This document shows positions 53,289 through 62,276 of a stretch of 64,000 nt of DNA, in pieces (positions within the stretch are counted from its first letter, which is position 1; each line of letters begins with the position of its first letter). The notes below the pieces were generated by a model. That model saw only the letters and a list, made by a program, of their open reading frames with translations, was not told the DNA's origin and ran no database searches. The DNA is taken from positions 15,323 through 79,322 of the forward strand of contig DASWGV010000207.1 of assembly GCA_036393515.1 (NCBI GenBank), written 5' to 3'. Both the position numbers and the translations under genes were made by a program. Origin of the DNA: Gemmatimonadales bacterium (lineage in GTDB: Bacteria > Gemmatimonadota > Gemmatimonadetes > Gemmatimonadales > GWC2-71-9).

Positions 53289-54021
53289 CCTTGCCGGGAA
53301 GGTCGCGCTGGTGACCGGAGGGTCCCGCGGCATTGGGTGGGCCGTGGCCGACCGGCTCTCCCGCGCCGGCGCCGCCGTGGCGATTGTGGCGCGGGATGAG
53401 GCGCGCGCGCGCGCGGCCGCGGCCCGATTGCCGACGCCAGCGCGGTCCCTGGCCGTGGCCGCCGACATGGCTGACGCCGCGATGGTGGAACACGCAGTGG
53501 CGACGGTGGAACGGGAGCTGGGGCCGGTGGACGTGTTGGTGAACAACGCCGGCCTCACCCGCGACGGTCTGCTGGTACGCATGAGCGACGCGGACTGGGA
53601 CGTGGTGCTGGACACTAATCTCAAGGGCGCGTTTCTGGCGACCAGATTGGTCGCGCGCGGGATGATGAAACGCCGGGGCGGCCGAATCATCAACATCTCG
53701 AGCGTGGTGGGGATCAGCGGCAACCGCGGGCAGGCGAACTATGCGGCCTCCAAAGCCGGTCTGATCGGATTCTCCAAGGCCGTCGCCAGGGAGCTGGCCT
53801 CCCGCAACGTGCTGGTCAACGTGGTGGCGCCAGGCTTCATTGAGACCGACCTGACCAAGGCGACGCCCGAGGCCGCCCGCACCGCGCTCCTGGCGCAAAT
53901 CCCCCTGGAGCGTCTGGGCGACGTCGCCGATGTTGCCGCTGCGGTACTCTTTCTCGCGTCGGACCTCGCCAGCTACATTACCGGCCACGTACTGGTCGTC
54001 GACGGCGGGATGGTCATGTGA
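53275..54021 (+). CDS. fabG: 3-oxoacyl-ACP reductase
   Basis: [16 protein letters not shown] and YAASKAG (SDR triad). Confidence 0.95.
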   Translation: MTTIDLAGKVALVTGGSRGIGWAVADRLSRAGAAVAIVARDEARARAAAARLPTPARSLAVAADMADAAMVEHAVATVERELGPVDVLVNNAGLTRDGLLVRMSDADWDVVLDTNLKGAFLATRLVARGMMKRRGGRIINISSVVGISGNRGQANYAASKAGLIGFSKAVARELASRNVLVNVVAPGFIETDLTKATPEAARTALLAQIPLERLGDVADVAAAVLFLASDLASYITGHVLVVDGGMVM

Positions 54022-54049
54022 ATATCACCACCACTCTGCGAGGGCGGTC

Positions 54050-54289
54050 ATGAGCGATCTCGAAGACAAGGTCAGGGACATTATCGTCGAGGAGTTGGGG
54101 GTCGAGCGCGAGAAGCTCACCGACGCGGCGAGCTTCATGGAAGACCTCGGCGCCGACAGCCTCGACACCGTCGAGCTCGTCATGGCGTTTGAGAAGGAAT
54201 TCGACATCGACATCCCGGACGAGGAAGCGGAGAAGCTGCGTACCGTCGGGGACGCGATGCGATACCTGCACGAGAAGATCGGGAAGTAA
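54050..54289 (+). CDS. acpP: Acyl carrier protein
   Basis: [18 protein letters not shown]...[19 protein letters not shown] (phosphopantetheine Ser). ATG 54050. Confidence 0.95.
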   Translation: MSDLEDKVRDIIVEELGVEREKLTDAASFMEDLGADSLDTVELVMAFEKEFDIDIPDEEAEKLRTVGDAMRYLHEKIGK

Positions 54290-54293
54290 GGTC

Positions 54294-55535
54294 TTGGGGC
54301 GTCGCGTCGTCATCACCGGTCTGGGGGTGGTGTCCCCATTGGGGCTCACGGTCGAGGATACCTGGGAGGCGTTGCTGGCGGGCCGGTCCGGTGCCGCGCC
54401 CATCCAACGTTTCGATCCCGCCAAGCTCGACGTGCGGTTTGGTTGCGAGGTGAAGGGGTTCGACGCCCTGACATACATGGATCGGAAGGAGGCGAAGCGG
54501 TACGACCTCTTTCTCCAGTACGCCGTGGGGGCGGCGGAGCAGGCGGTGGCGGACGCCTCGTTCGACGGGAGGCGGCCCGCGGCTGAGCGGATCGGCGTGA
54601 TCGTGGGGAGTGGGATCGGTGGCATCATGACGTTCGAAGAGCAGTGCAAGCTGTTCCTCACGGAGGGTCCCCATCGCGTCTCGCCGTTCTTTGTCCCGAT
54701 GTTTATTCCTGACATCGCGGCCGGCGTGATTTCCATTAGACTGGGCGCCAAAGGGCCGAACTACTGCACGGTCTCCGCCTGCGCGTCCTCGGCGCACGCG
54801 CTGGGCGAATCATTTCGGCTCATCCAGTCGGGTCATGCCGACGTGATGGTGACTGGCGGTGCGGAAGCGGCCATCACGCCCCTCGCGGTGGCCGGCTTTT
54901 CCAACATGAAGGCCCTTTCCACCCGGAACGACGATCCCGCTCGTGCCTCGCGCCCGTTCGACAAGGAACGTGATGGATTTGTGATGGGCGACGGGGCCGC
55001 CCTGGTCATTCTGGAAGCCCTGGAGCATGCGCAGGCCCGGGGCGGGCGGGTGTACGGCGAGATGGTGGGCTACGGCATGAGCGGGGATGCGTACCATATC
55101 ACCCAGCCGGCCCCCGGGGGTGAGGGCGCCCGGCGCGCCATGCTGGATTGCCTCTCGGACGCGGGGCTGTCGCCGACCCAGGTGGACTATATAAATGCGC
55201 ACGGGACGTCCACCCCCCACGGCGACGCGGCCGAGGTGCGGGCGATCAAGAATGTATTCGGAGAACACGCCCGGACGCTGGTGGCCAACTCCACCAAATC
55301 CATGACCGGGCACCTGCTGGGTGCCGCCGGCGGGCTGGAGTTCGCGGTGTGTCTCCTGGCCATCCGGAACTGCGCCATTCCCCCGACGATCAACCAGCAG
55401 CATCCCGACCCGGCCTGCGATCTGAACTGCGCTCCCAACGTCAAGCTGGAGCGGCGGGTGGACGTGGCGTTGTCCAACTCATTCGGGTTCGGCGGGCACA
55501 ACGTCACGCTCGCCGTTCGGCGGTTCGCGGCCTGA
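54294..55535 (+). CDS. fabF: 3-oxoacyl-ACP synthase II
   Basis: RRVVITGLGVVSPLG, SACASSAHA, NAHGTSTPHGD and NSFGFGGHN. TTG 54294 is the only plausible start after the acpP stop. Confidence 0.93.
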   Translation: MGRRVVITGLGVVSPLGLTVEDTWEALLAGRSGAAPIQRFDPAKLDVRFGCEVKGFDALTYMDRKEAKRYDLFLQYAVGAAEQAVADASFDGRRPAAERIGVIVGSGIGGIMTFEEQCKLFLTEGPHRVSPFFVPMFIPDIAAGVISIRLGAKGPNYCTVSACASSAHALGESFRLIQSGHADVMVTGGAEAAITPLAVAGFSNMKALSTRNDDPARASRPFDKERDGFVMGDGAALVILEALEHAQARGGRVYGEMVGYGMSGDAYHITQPAPGGEGARRAMLDCLSDAGLSPTQVDYINAHGTSTPHGDAAEVRAIKNVFGEHARTLVANSTKSMTGHLLGAAGGLEFAVCLLAIRNCAIPPTINQQHPDPACDLNCAPNVKLERRVDVALSNSFGFGGHNVTLAVRRFAA

Positions 55536-55537
55536 AC

Positions 55538-56746
55538 GTGGCGATCGCCGTCAACGACCCGCGACTCGCGCCCGTCGCCCGGAGAGTCGAGGCGGGCGAG
55601 CGGCTGTCCCCGGACGACGGGGTGCGGTTGTTCCAGACCGACGATCTCCTGGGCCTCGGCGCGCTGGCCGACGCGGCCAATCGCCGGCGCAATGGCAATC
55701 GCGTGTACTTCGCGGCCAATCAGCACCTGAATCCCACCAATGTGTGCGTGCTGCGGCACAGCTGTGTCTTCTGCTCGTTCGCGCGCACCCCCAAGGAAGA
55801 AGGTGCCTACACCCGGACACTGGCACAGGTCTTTGCCGAGGCCGAAGCCGCCTCCGACAACCCCACGCGCGAGTTCCACGTGGTGGGCGGGCTGCATCCC
55901 AAGTTGCGACTGACGTACTACGTGGAGTTGATCCGCGGGCTCAAAGAGCGGCACCCCAACGTGCAGGTGAAGGCGCTCACGGCGGTGGAGATCGCTCACC
56001 TGGCGCGGATCGAACGGATCAGCACGCGGGACGTACTGGCCACGCTCAAGGCCGCGGGCCTGGATACGCTTCCCGGCGGCGGTGCGGAAGTGTTCGGTGC
56101 GGGCGTGCGGCAGACCATCGCCGATCGCAAGCTGGGAGCAGCCGAGTGGCTGCGCGTGCACCGTGAGGCCCATGAGCTCGGGATCCCCAGCAACTGCACC
56201 ATGCTGTACGGGCATGTGGAGACGGTGGCCGACCGCATCGAGCATCTCGCCGCCCTACGCGCATTGCAGGACGAGACCGGTGGCTTCCTGACGTACATCC
56301 CGTTGGCCTATCACCCGGACCACAACGAGTTGGGCCGCCAGCTGGGCCGCGAGGGGACCGCGACCACCGGCGTCGAGGACCTGAAGAACGTGGCCGTGGG
56401 GCGGCTCTTTCTGGACAATATCCCCCATGTGAAGACCCACTGGCCCATGGTGACGGCCTTTCTGTCCCAGATCGCCCTGCATTTCGGGTGTGACGATGTG
56501 GAAGGCACCGTGGTGTACGAACGGGTCTATCACGAGGCTGGTGCCCACACGCCCATGATGCTGTCGTACGGCGAGGTCGTGCGGCTGATCAAGGGGGCGG
56601 GGAAGGAGCCGGTCGAGCGCGACTCTTTCTATCGACCGGTGCGGGATTTCGCGCCCGACGACCCGATCTTCACGCCATCGCCGGGTGGTCGTCCTGTTCC
56701 GGCCGATTCCGAACTGGTGCAGCTCGTGGGAACGGGGAGGGCGTGA
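55538..56746 (+). CDS. mqnE: Radical-SAM futalosine-pathway enzyme, probably aminofutalosine synthase MqnE
   Basis: GTG 55538 lies 2 nt after the fabF stop. N-terminal ERLSPDDGVRLFQTDDLLGLGALAD, FHVVGGLHP, LDTLPGGGAEVF and CTMLYGHVET. The cluster motif reads CVLRHSCVFC (C-x5-C-x2-C). MqnE versus MqnC was assigned by comparison with the second paralog. Confidence 0.75.
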   Translation: MAIAVNDPRLAPVARRVEAGERLSPDDGVRLFQTDDLLGLGALADAANRRRNGNRVYFAANQHLNPTNVCVLRHSCVFCSFARTPKEEGAYTRTLAQVFAEAEAASDNPTREFHVVGGLHPKLRLTYYVELIRGLKERHPNVQVKALTAVEIAHLARIERISTRDVLATLKAAGLDTLPGGGAEVFGAGVRQTIADRKLGAAEWLRVHREAHELGIPSNCTMLYGHVETVADRIEHLAALRALQDETGGFLTYIPLAYHPDHNELGRQLGREGTATTGVEDLKNVAVGRLFLDNIPHVKTHWPMVTAFLSQIALHFGCDDVEGTVVYERVYHEAGAHTPMMLSYGEVVRLIKGAGKEPVERDSFYRPVRDFAPDDPIFTPSPGGRPVPADSELVQLVGTGRA

Positions 56747-57579
56747 TGGACCGCGCCGTGAGACTCGGCCGCATAGCGTACGTGAACTGTTACCCGGTGT
56801 ACGGTGCGATTGATCGGGGATTGGTGCACGTCCCCGCCGAGTTGGTGACCGGTACGCCGGCAGAGCTGAATGACCTGCTGGCCGCGGGGGAGCTGGACGT
56901 CTCCGTGGTGTCGGCCGTGGAATACGCCCGGAATGCCGCCGCGTATCACCTTTTGCCGGATCTCGCCATTTCGTGTGACGGACCGGTGCGAAGCGTCCTG
57001 CTCTTCAGCCACCGGGAAGCCAAGGCGCTCGACGGCGGTACGATCCTCCTGTCGGCATCGTCACGGACGTCGGTCCACCTGCTCGAGCTCCTGTGCCAGG
57101 ATGTGTGGGGCGTTCGCCCACGCTTTGCCGAGGCTCGGGCCGAGGCGCAAGACCTTCCGGGACTGCGCGGACTCCCGCATGATGCCGTCCTGGTGATCGG
57201 CGACGCCGCGCTCCTGCTGGCGGCTCAGGGGCGCTACGCTCACTGCTACGACCTCGGGGCCGCATGGAAGACGTGGACCGGCCTGCCCTTTGTGTTCGCG
57301 GTCTGGGCCGCCCGGCGGGAGGCCAACCGGGCGCGGGTGGAAGCCATTCACCAATCGGTGCTCGAATCGCGGGCCTGGGGCCTGGCCCATTTGGACGCGT
57401 TGGCGCAGGATGCCGCGGTGGCGACGGGCATGGAGGCCGCCGCCTGTCGCGACTATTTGAGCGGACTGGACTACGCGCTGACGTTCCGACACCTGGAGGG
57501 CCTCACCAGCTTCCTGCGCCGGCTCGCGGCGCGGGGAACGGTGAGGGAGGGGACGCTGGCTTTTCTGTCGGTAGCATGA
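56743..57579 (+). CDS. mqnA: Chorismate dehydratase MqnA
   Basis: RLGRIAYVNCYPVYGAI, ELDVSVVSAVEYA and GLPFVFAVWAARRE (MqnA/MqnD periplasmic-binding-like fold family). GTGA overlap with mqnE. Confidence 0.85.
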   Translation: MMDRAVRLGRIAYVNCYPVYGAIDRGLVHVPAELVTGTPAELNDLLAAGELDVSVVSAVEYARNAAAYHLLPDLAISCDGPVRSVLLFSHREAKALDGGTILLSASSRTSVHLLELLCQDVWGVRPRFAEARAEAQDLPGLRGLPHDAVLVIGDAALLLAAQGRYAHCYDLGAAWKTWTGLPFVFAVWAARREANRARVEAIHQSVLESRAWGLAHLDALAQDAAVATGMEAAACRDYLSGLDYALTFRHLEGLTSFLRRLAARGTVREGTLAFLSVA

Positions 57580-58622
57580 TCGACCGGACCTCGTCGGAAT
57601 TCCGCTCCTCCCTGGAGCTGTATGAACGGGCTCCCCTGCTGGAGCTCGGGGCGCTCGCGGACGCCCGGCGGCACGCCGTTCACCCCCTGGGGATCGTCAC
57701 CTATATCGTGGATCGGAACATCAATTACACCAACGTCTGCGTGGCGGACTGCAAATTCTGCGCGTTCTACCGCCGGCCCAAGCACGCGGAAGGCTATGTG
57801 CTGTCGTTCGAGGAGATCGGCCAGAAGATCGAGGAGGCCAAGAAGCTCGGCGCCGTCCAGATCCTGATTCAGGGGGGCCACAATCCCTACATCCCGTTCG
57901 AATGGTATCTGGACTTGATGAAGTACGTGAAGCGCCATCACCCCATTCATATCCACGGGTTCTCCCCATCGGAGGTGGACTTCTTCGCGACCCGCTTCCG
58001 GATGGGAGCGGACGAGGTGATCCGTGAGCTGAGAGCGGCGGGACTGGATTCCATTCCGGGCGGTGGCGGGGAGATCCTGGTGCAGGAGGTGCGCGACCGG
58101 GTGGCGAAAAAGAAGGCCGGAGCGGATCGCTGGCTCGATATCATGGAGATTGCGCACGGTTTCGGCATGAAGACGTCCGTGACCATGATGTACGGGCTGG
58201 GTGAGTCGCTGGCCGACCGTATCGAGCACCTGGTACGAGTGCGCGAGGTCCAGGCCCGAACCGGTGGCTTCACCGCGTTCATCACGTGGCCGCTCCAGCC
58301 GGAACACACGGCGATGGAAGGGACGCCCAAGACGGACGCGGTGACCTATCTCCGGACCGTCGCCATCGCGCGGCTGGTGCTGGACAACGTGCCCAATCTT
58401 CAGGCGTCGTGGGTCACCATGGGGCTCAAGGTGGGCCAGGTCTCGCTTCGGTTTGGCTGTAACGACTTCGGCTCGCTGATGATCGAAGAGAACGTTGTGT
58501 CTGCGGCCGGCACCACTCATCGCGCCTCGATTGAGGAGATGCGCCGACACATTGTGGACGCGGGGTTCATGCCCGCGCGGCGGCGACAGGATTATTCCCT
58601 CATGCCGGAACTCGCGGCGTAG
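57576..58622 (+). CDS. mqnC: Radical-SAM cyclic dehypoxanthinyl futalosine synthase MqnC
   Basis: VDRNINYTNVCVADCKFCAFYR (canonical CxxxCxxC), ILIQGGHNP, RWLDIMEIAH and LMIEENVVSAAG match Streptomyces MqnC as I recall it. ATGA overlap with mqnA. Confidence 0.8.
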   Translation: MIDRTSSEFRSSLELYERAPLLELGALADARRHAVHPLGIVTYIVDRNINYTNVCVADCKFCAFYRRPKHAEGYVLSFEEIGQKIEEAKKLGAVQILIQGGHNPYIPFEWYLDLMKYVKRHHPIHIHGFSPSEVDFFATRFRMGADEVIRELRAAGLDSIPGGGGEILVQEVRDRVAKKKAGADRWLDIMEIAHGFGMKTSVTMMYGLGESLADRIEHLVRVREVQARTGGFTAFITWPLQPEHTAMEGTPKTDAVTYLRTVAIARLVLDNVPNLQASWVTMGLKVGQVSLRFGCNDFGSLMIEENVVSAAGTTHRASIEEMRRHIVDAGFMPARRRQDYSLMPELAA

Positions 58623-58629
58623 GGCGAGA

Positions 58630-59031
58630 GTGGCGTCGAAGCGGGTCCTCATCGTGGTCGGGTCCGAAAGCGACCGAGAGCGCGTGGCGCCTGCGTTCGA
58701 GGTGCTGGAGCAAGCTGGCGTGGGGTTCGAGTTCGTGGTGTCCTCGGCCCACCGCACGCCCGATCAGACCGCGGAGCTCGCCAAGGGAGCCAAGGCCAAA
58801 GGCTACCGAGTGATCATCGCCGCGGCCGGCCTGTCGGCGGCGTTGCCCGGCGCCGTCGCCGCCCTGACGGACCTTCCGGTGATCGGCCTCCCGTTGGAAG
58901 TGGGCCCCCTGCGTGGGCTGGACGCCCTGTACGCCATCGCCCAGCTGCCGGCCGGCTGCCCGGTGGCGACGGTGGGGATCGGGAACGCGAAGAACGCGGC
59001 GCATCTGGCGCTCCGCATTCTCAACGCGTAA
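58630..59031 (+). CDS. purE: PurE-like protein (short, 133 aa; N5-CAIR mutase family)
   Basis: VVGSESD, VVSSAHRTPD, IAAAGLSAALPG and PVIGLP align with E. coli PurE blocks. GTG 58630 lies 7 nt after mqnC. Lacks the C-terminal ~30 aa of typical PurE. Confidence 0.7.
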   Translation: MASKRVLIVVGSESDRERVAPAFEVLEQAGVGFEFVVSSAHRTPDQTAELAKGAKAKGYRVIIAAAGLSAALPGAVAALTDLPVIGLPLEVGPLRGLDALYAIAQLPAGCPVATVGIGNAKNAAHLALRILNA

Positions 59032-59054
59032 TTCCCTCACACTGCGTCCTTCGG

Positions 59055-61055
59055 TCAGCGACTTCCCAGCAACGCCGCGACTTCGGCTCGACCAGCCAGC
59101 AGCAGCGCGACCGCCTCGCTCACGTCTCGCGCCGCGGCAAGGTCCGCGGTGAGGCTGTCCACGTTGCCGGCGCCGGCACACAGCCGCAGCAGGTCGAGCC
59201 GGATTCCCTCCAGCGCCGCGACCGCCTCAGCCAAACGGCTCTGCGCAGCGTCACGCGTCGTTCGCAGGTCCGCGTCGAGCGCCGCGCGCCGGCTGTGCAG
59301 GCCAGCACCCACGCTCGTCTCGGTTGGACCGCCGCGTTCGATCGTCACCAGCAAATCGTTGAGCTCTTCCACCCGGCGCCGCATTCGCGTCGCGTCGCCC
59401 TCGAGACCACGCACCGCCCCCGGCAGGTCTCCCAGACGTTGGCGGGTACTCTTGGGCAAGGATGCAAACAGGGCGTCCACCGCCATGCCGATCGCGAGCT
59501 CAGTAGGTCGGTGCGCCAGGTGTGCCCGTTGGCGTCCGCCCTTCAGTCCCAGCCCGGCGAGCTTGAACAGCCAACGGCCCAGCCGGCTGTTCAACAGCTT
59601 CCCGATCCAACCGCCCACCAGGTCGTTCCGACGCTCGTAGCGGAAGAATGCCGCGGCTCCGGTACCCACACCCGTCGCCAGGGACAATGCCAGCAGGCTG
59701 CCGGCCACCGAAGTGCCGGCCGAACCAGGAAGCAGGAGCCACAGCGCCGAAAGGGTCGCGAGCAGGAAGGACGCGCCGGACTTCCACCGCATCAATCGCT
59801 CAAAGCGCGAGGCCACTCGGCCGTGTTCGAACGCCCGCTCTTCCAACTCCCGCTCCTGCTCGGTCTTCCACGCGAGGCGGATCTCGTCCGGGTGGTAGCC
59901 CGCCTTGAGCACTCGGCGGAACCAGGCGGTCACCGCGGCTAAGGGCAGTCCCGTGGCGACGGCAATGACTATCCCGAGGACCACGGCCACACCGATGGGC
60001 GCCAGGCCCAGCACCCACGACCCGATAATCCCCGGCACGCATATCGCCGCCAGGATGGGATAGGCCCCAAGCGCCTGGCCCTGCTGGCGCAGCCGCTTGA
60101 AGAGCACTCGGACCGCGGCGGGGAGATCGCCCCGCACTTCGATGGACAGCGACAGCGCGTCGGCCAGGTCCTCCGCCTGCTGAAACCGCGCATCCGGCGC
60201 CTTGTGGAGACACCGGTCAATTGCCTGAGCCAGCCGGCTGGGTACGCTGGGTGCGGCGACTCCGACGGGCGGCGCCGGCTGGGTAATTTGTTGTGCCAGC
60301 ACCGCGGCCATCGTGGCGCCGGTAAACGGGAGGCGTCCCGACAGCGCGTAGAAACCGAGCACGGCAAGTGAGTAAATGTCGCTGCGGCCGTCCACCTCGT
60401 CCCCGCTGGCCTGTTCTGGACTCATGTACTCGGCTGTCCCAACCACCTCCCCGACCGCGGTCACGCTGGCCGCTTCGGTGCGACGGGCGATCCCAAAATC
60501 GGCCACCAGGGCGCGGCGGCTCCCGGCTTCTAGCAGGATGTTGTCAGCCTTGATGTCCCGGTGGATCACCCCCTGTGCGTGGGCATAGGCCAGCGCCCAC
60601 GCCACCTCACGCATGATCCGCGTGACGTCTGAGGCTGGCAGCGGGCCGCGCTCACGGATCCGCTGCCCCAGCGTTTCACCTTCCACATATGCCATCACGA
60701 AGAAAACGAACTGGTCTACTTCCTCGACGGCGAAGATGGGAATGACGTGCGGGTGCGACAGCTTGGCCGCCGTCCGAGCCTCTCGCAGGAATCGCTCGCG
60801 CAACGCCGACTGTCCGGCGAGGGCGGGGGGGAGCAGCTTGAGCGCCACCGGGCGGTCCAGGGCCACGTCCCGCGCCAGGTACACAATCCCCATCCCGCCG
60901 CGTCCCAGCTCGCGTTCCAGGGAGTAGCGCCCGGCGATGGCGCGCTGCAGCGCCACAAAGTCCGCGGTGGCTGTTTCCAGCATGGCCTCAAGGATGGTCC
61001 GGGTGAGGCCAATCCGAAAGAGCGCCCGCCACGCTGGGTCTCGGCGGGCCGCCAT
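59055..61055 (-). CDS. Membrane-embedded Hanks-type Ser/Thr protein kinase
   Basis: GRGGMGIVYLA, ALKLL, HRDIKADNILL, ADFGIAR and YMSPEQ. These are followed by about 4-5 TM helices and a helical C-terminal domain. Alternative start ATG 60983. Confidence 0.88.
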   Translation of the reverse strand: MAARRDPAWRALFRIGLTRTILEAMLETATADFVALQRAIAGRYSLERELGRGGMGIVYLARDVALDRPVALKLLPPALAGQSALRERFLREARTAAKLSHPHVIPIFAVEEVDQFVFFVMAYVEGETLGQRIRERGPLPASDVTRIMREVAWALAYAHAQGVIHRDIKADNILLEAGSRRALVADFGIARRTEAASVTAVGEVVGTAEYMSPEQASGDEVDGRSDIYSLAVLGFYALSGRLPFTGATMAAVLAQQITQPAPPVGVAAPSVPSRLAQAIDRCLHKAPDARFQQAEDLADALSLSIEVRGDLPAAVRVLFKRLRQQGQALGAYPILAAICVPGIIGSWVLGLAPIGVAVVLGIVIAVATGLPLAAVTAWFRRVLKAGYHPDEIRLAWKTEQERELEERAFEHGRVASRFERLMRWKSGASFLLATLSALWLLLPGSAGTSVAGSLLALSLATGVGTGAAAFFRYERRNDLVGGWIGKLLNSRLGRWLFKLAGLGLKGGRQRAHLAHRPTELAIGMAVDALFASLPKSTRQRLGDLPGAVRGLEGDATRMRRRVEELNDLLVTIERGGPTETSVGAGLHSRRAALDADLRTTRDAAQSRLAEAVAALEGIRLDLLRLCAGAGNVDSLTADLAAARDVSEAVALLLAGRAEVAALLGSR

Positions 61056-61075
61056 TCACCCGCTACTTTGGTGCC

Positions 61076-62224
61076 ATGCACACCGCCCGCCGCACTCACT
61101 CGTTTACCGAGTCGGTGATCCGCGCCATGACCCGGCTGGCGGCGGAGCACCGTGCGATCAACCTGGCCCAAGGCTTCCCAAACTTCCCGACACCGGATGT
61201 GCTGAAGGAAGGGGCAATCAAAGGCATCCAGGGCGACGTTAACCAGTACGCCATCACCTGGGGCGCTAAACGCCTGCGCCATGCCCTGGTGAAGAAGTAC
61301 TGCGACTGGTACGGGATGGAGGTGGACCCTGAGACCCAGGTCACGGTCACGTGTGGCGCCACCGAGGCGATGGCGGCGACGTTGCTCGCTATCGTGGATC
61401 CCGGGGATGAGGTGGTGGTCTTCGAGCCGTTCTACGAGAACTATGGACCGGACGCGATCCTGTGCGGAGCCAAGCCGCTGTATGTCCCGATCGCGTCGGA
61501 CGGGCCGCTCGACCTGGATCGGGTGCGTGCCGCATGCTCAGACCGCACGCGGGCCATCATTATCAACACGCCCAACAATCCCTCCGGCCGGGTACTGTCT
61601 AGGGAAGAGCTGGAGGGTGTGGCGGATCTGTGCCGGCGTCACGATGCCTATGCCGTGACGGACGAAATCTACGAGCACATCTACTACGAGGGCCAGCACA
61701 TCCCGATCGCGACGTTGCCGGACATGCGAGATCGCACCGTCACCATCAGCGGGGCGTCAAAAACGTTCAGCGTGACCGGCTGGCGGGTGGGGACGATCGT
61801 CGCGCCCGCCCCAGTGACGGACGCCATTCGCAAGGTGCACGACTTTCTCACCGTGGGCTCACCGGCCCCGCTCCAGGAAGGTGTGGCGGCGGCCCTGGAG
61901 ACTCTGGGCCGCGACTACTACGACGGCCTGGCACGGGAGTACCTCGTCCGCCGCGATCTCCTGTGTGACGGGCTCCTCGCGGCGGGGTTCCGCTGCACCC
62001 CCCCGCAGGGTGCGTACTACGTGCTCGCCGATTTCTCAGAGCTCTCCGACCTCTCGGACGACAAATTCTCCTCTTGGCTGACCCGCGAGATCGGCGTGGC
62101 GCCGGTACCAGGGTCGAGCTTCTTCAGTCGTCCGGATTTGGGCCGGAAGGTCGTCCGCTTCGCCTTCTGCAAGACGACCGACGTGTTGGAGGAAGCCTGC
62201 CGGCGCCTCAGACGATTGCGCTAG
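61076..62224 (+). CDS. Class I/II PLP-dependent aminotransferase (methionine/kynurenine aminotransferase-like)
   Basis: INLAQGFPNFPTP, NTPNNPSG and SGASKTFSVTGWRVG (PLP Lys). Confidence 0.88.
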   Translation: MHTARRTHSFTESVIRAMTRLAAEHRAINLAQGFPNFPTPDVLKEGAIKGIQGDVNQYAITWGAKRLRHALVKKYCDWYGMEVDPETQVTVTCGATEAMAATLLAIVDPGDEVVVFEPFYENYGPDAILCGAKPLYVPIASDGPLDLDRVRAACSDRTRAIIINTPNNPSGRVLSREELEGVADLCRRHDAYAVTDEIYEHIYYEGQHIPIATLPDMRDRTVTISGASKTFSVTGWRVGTIVAPAPVTDAIRKVHDFLTVGSPAPLQEGVAAALETLGRDYYDGLAREYLVRRDLLCDGLLAAGFRCTPPQGAYYVLADFSELSDLSDDKFSSWLTREIGVAPVPGSSFFSRPDLGRKVVRFAFCKTTDVLEEACRRLRRLR

Positions 62225-62276
62225 CCCCGCGTCCGCGCCGCCCCGCCCTTGCTGCCCCTCTGCCGTTATCCCTATC

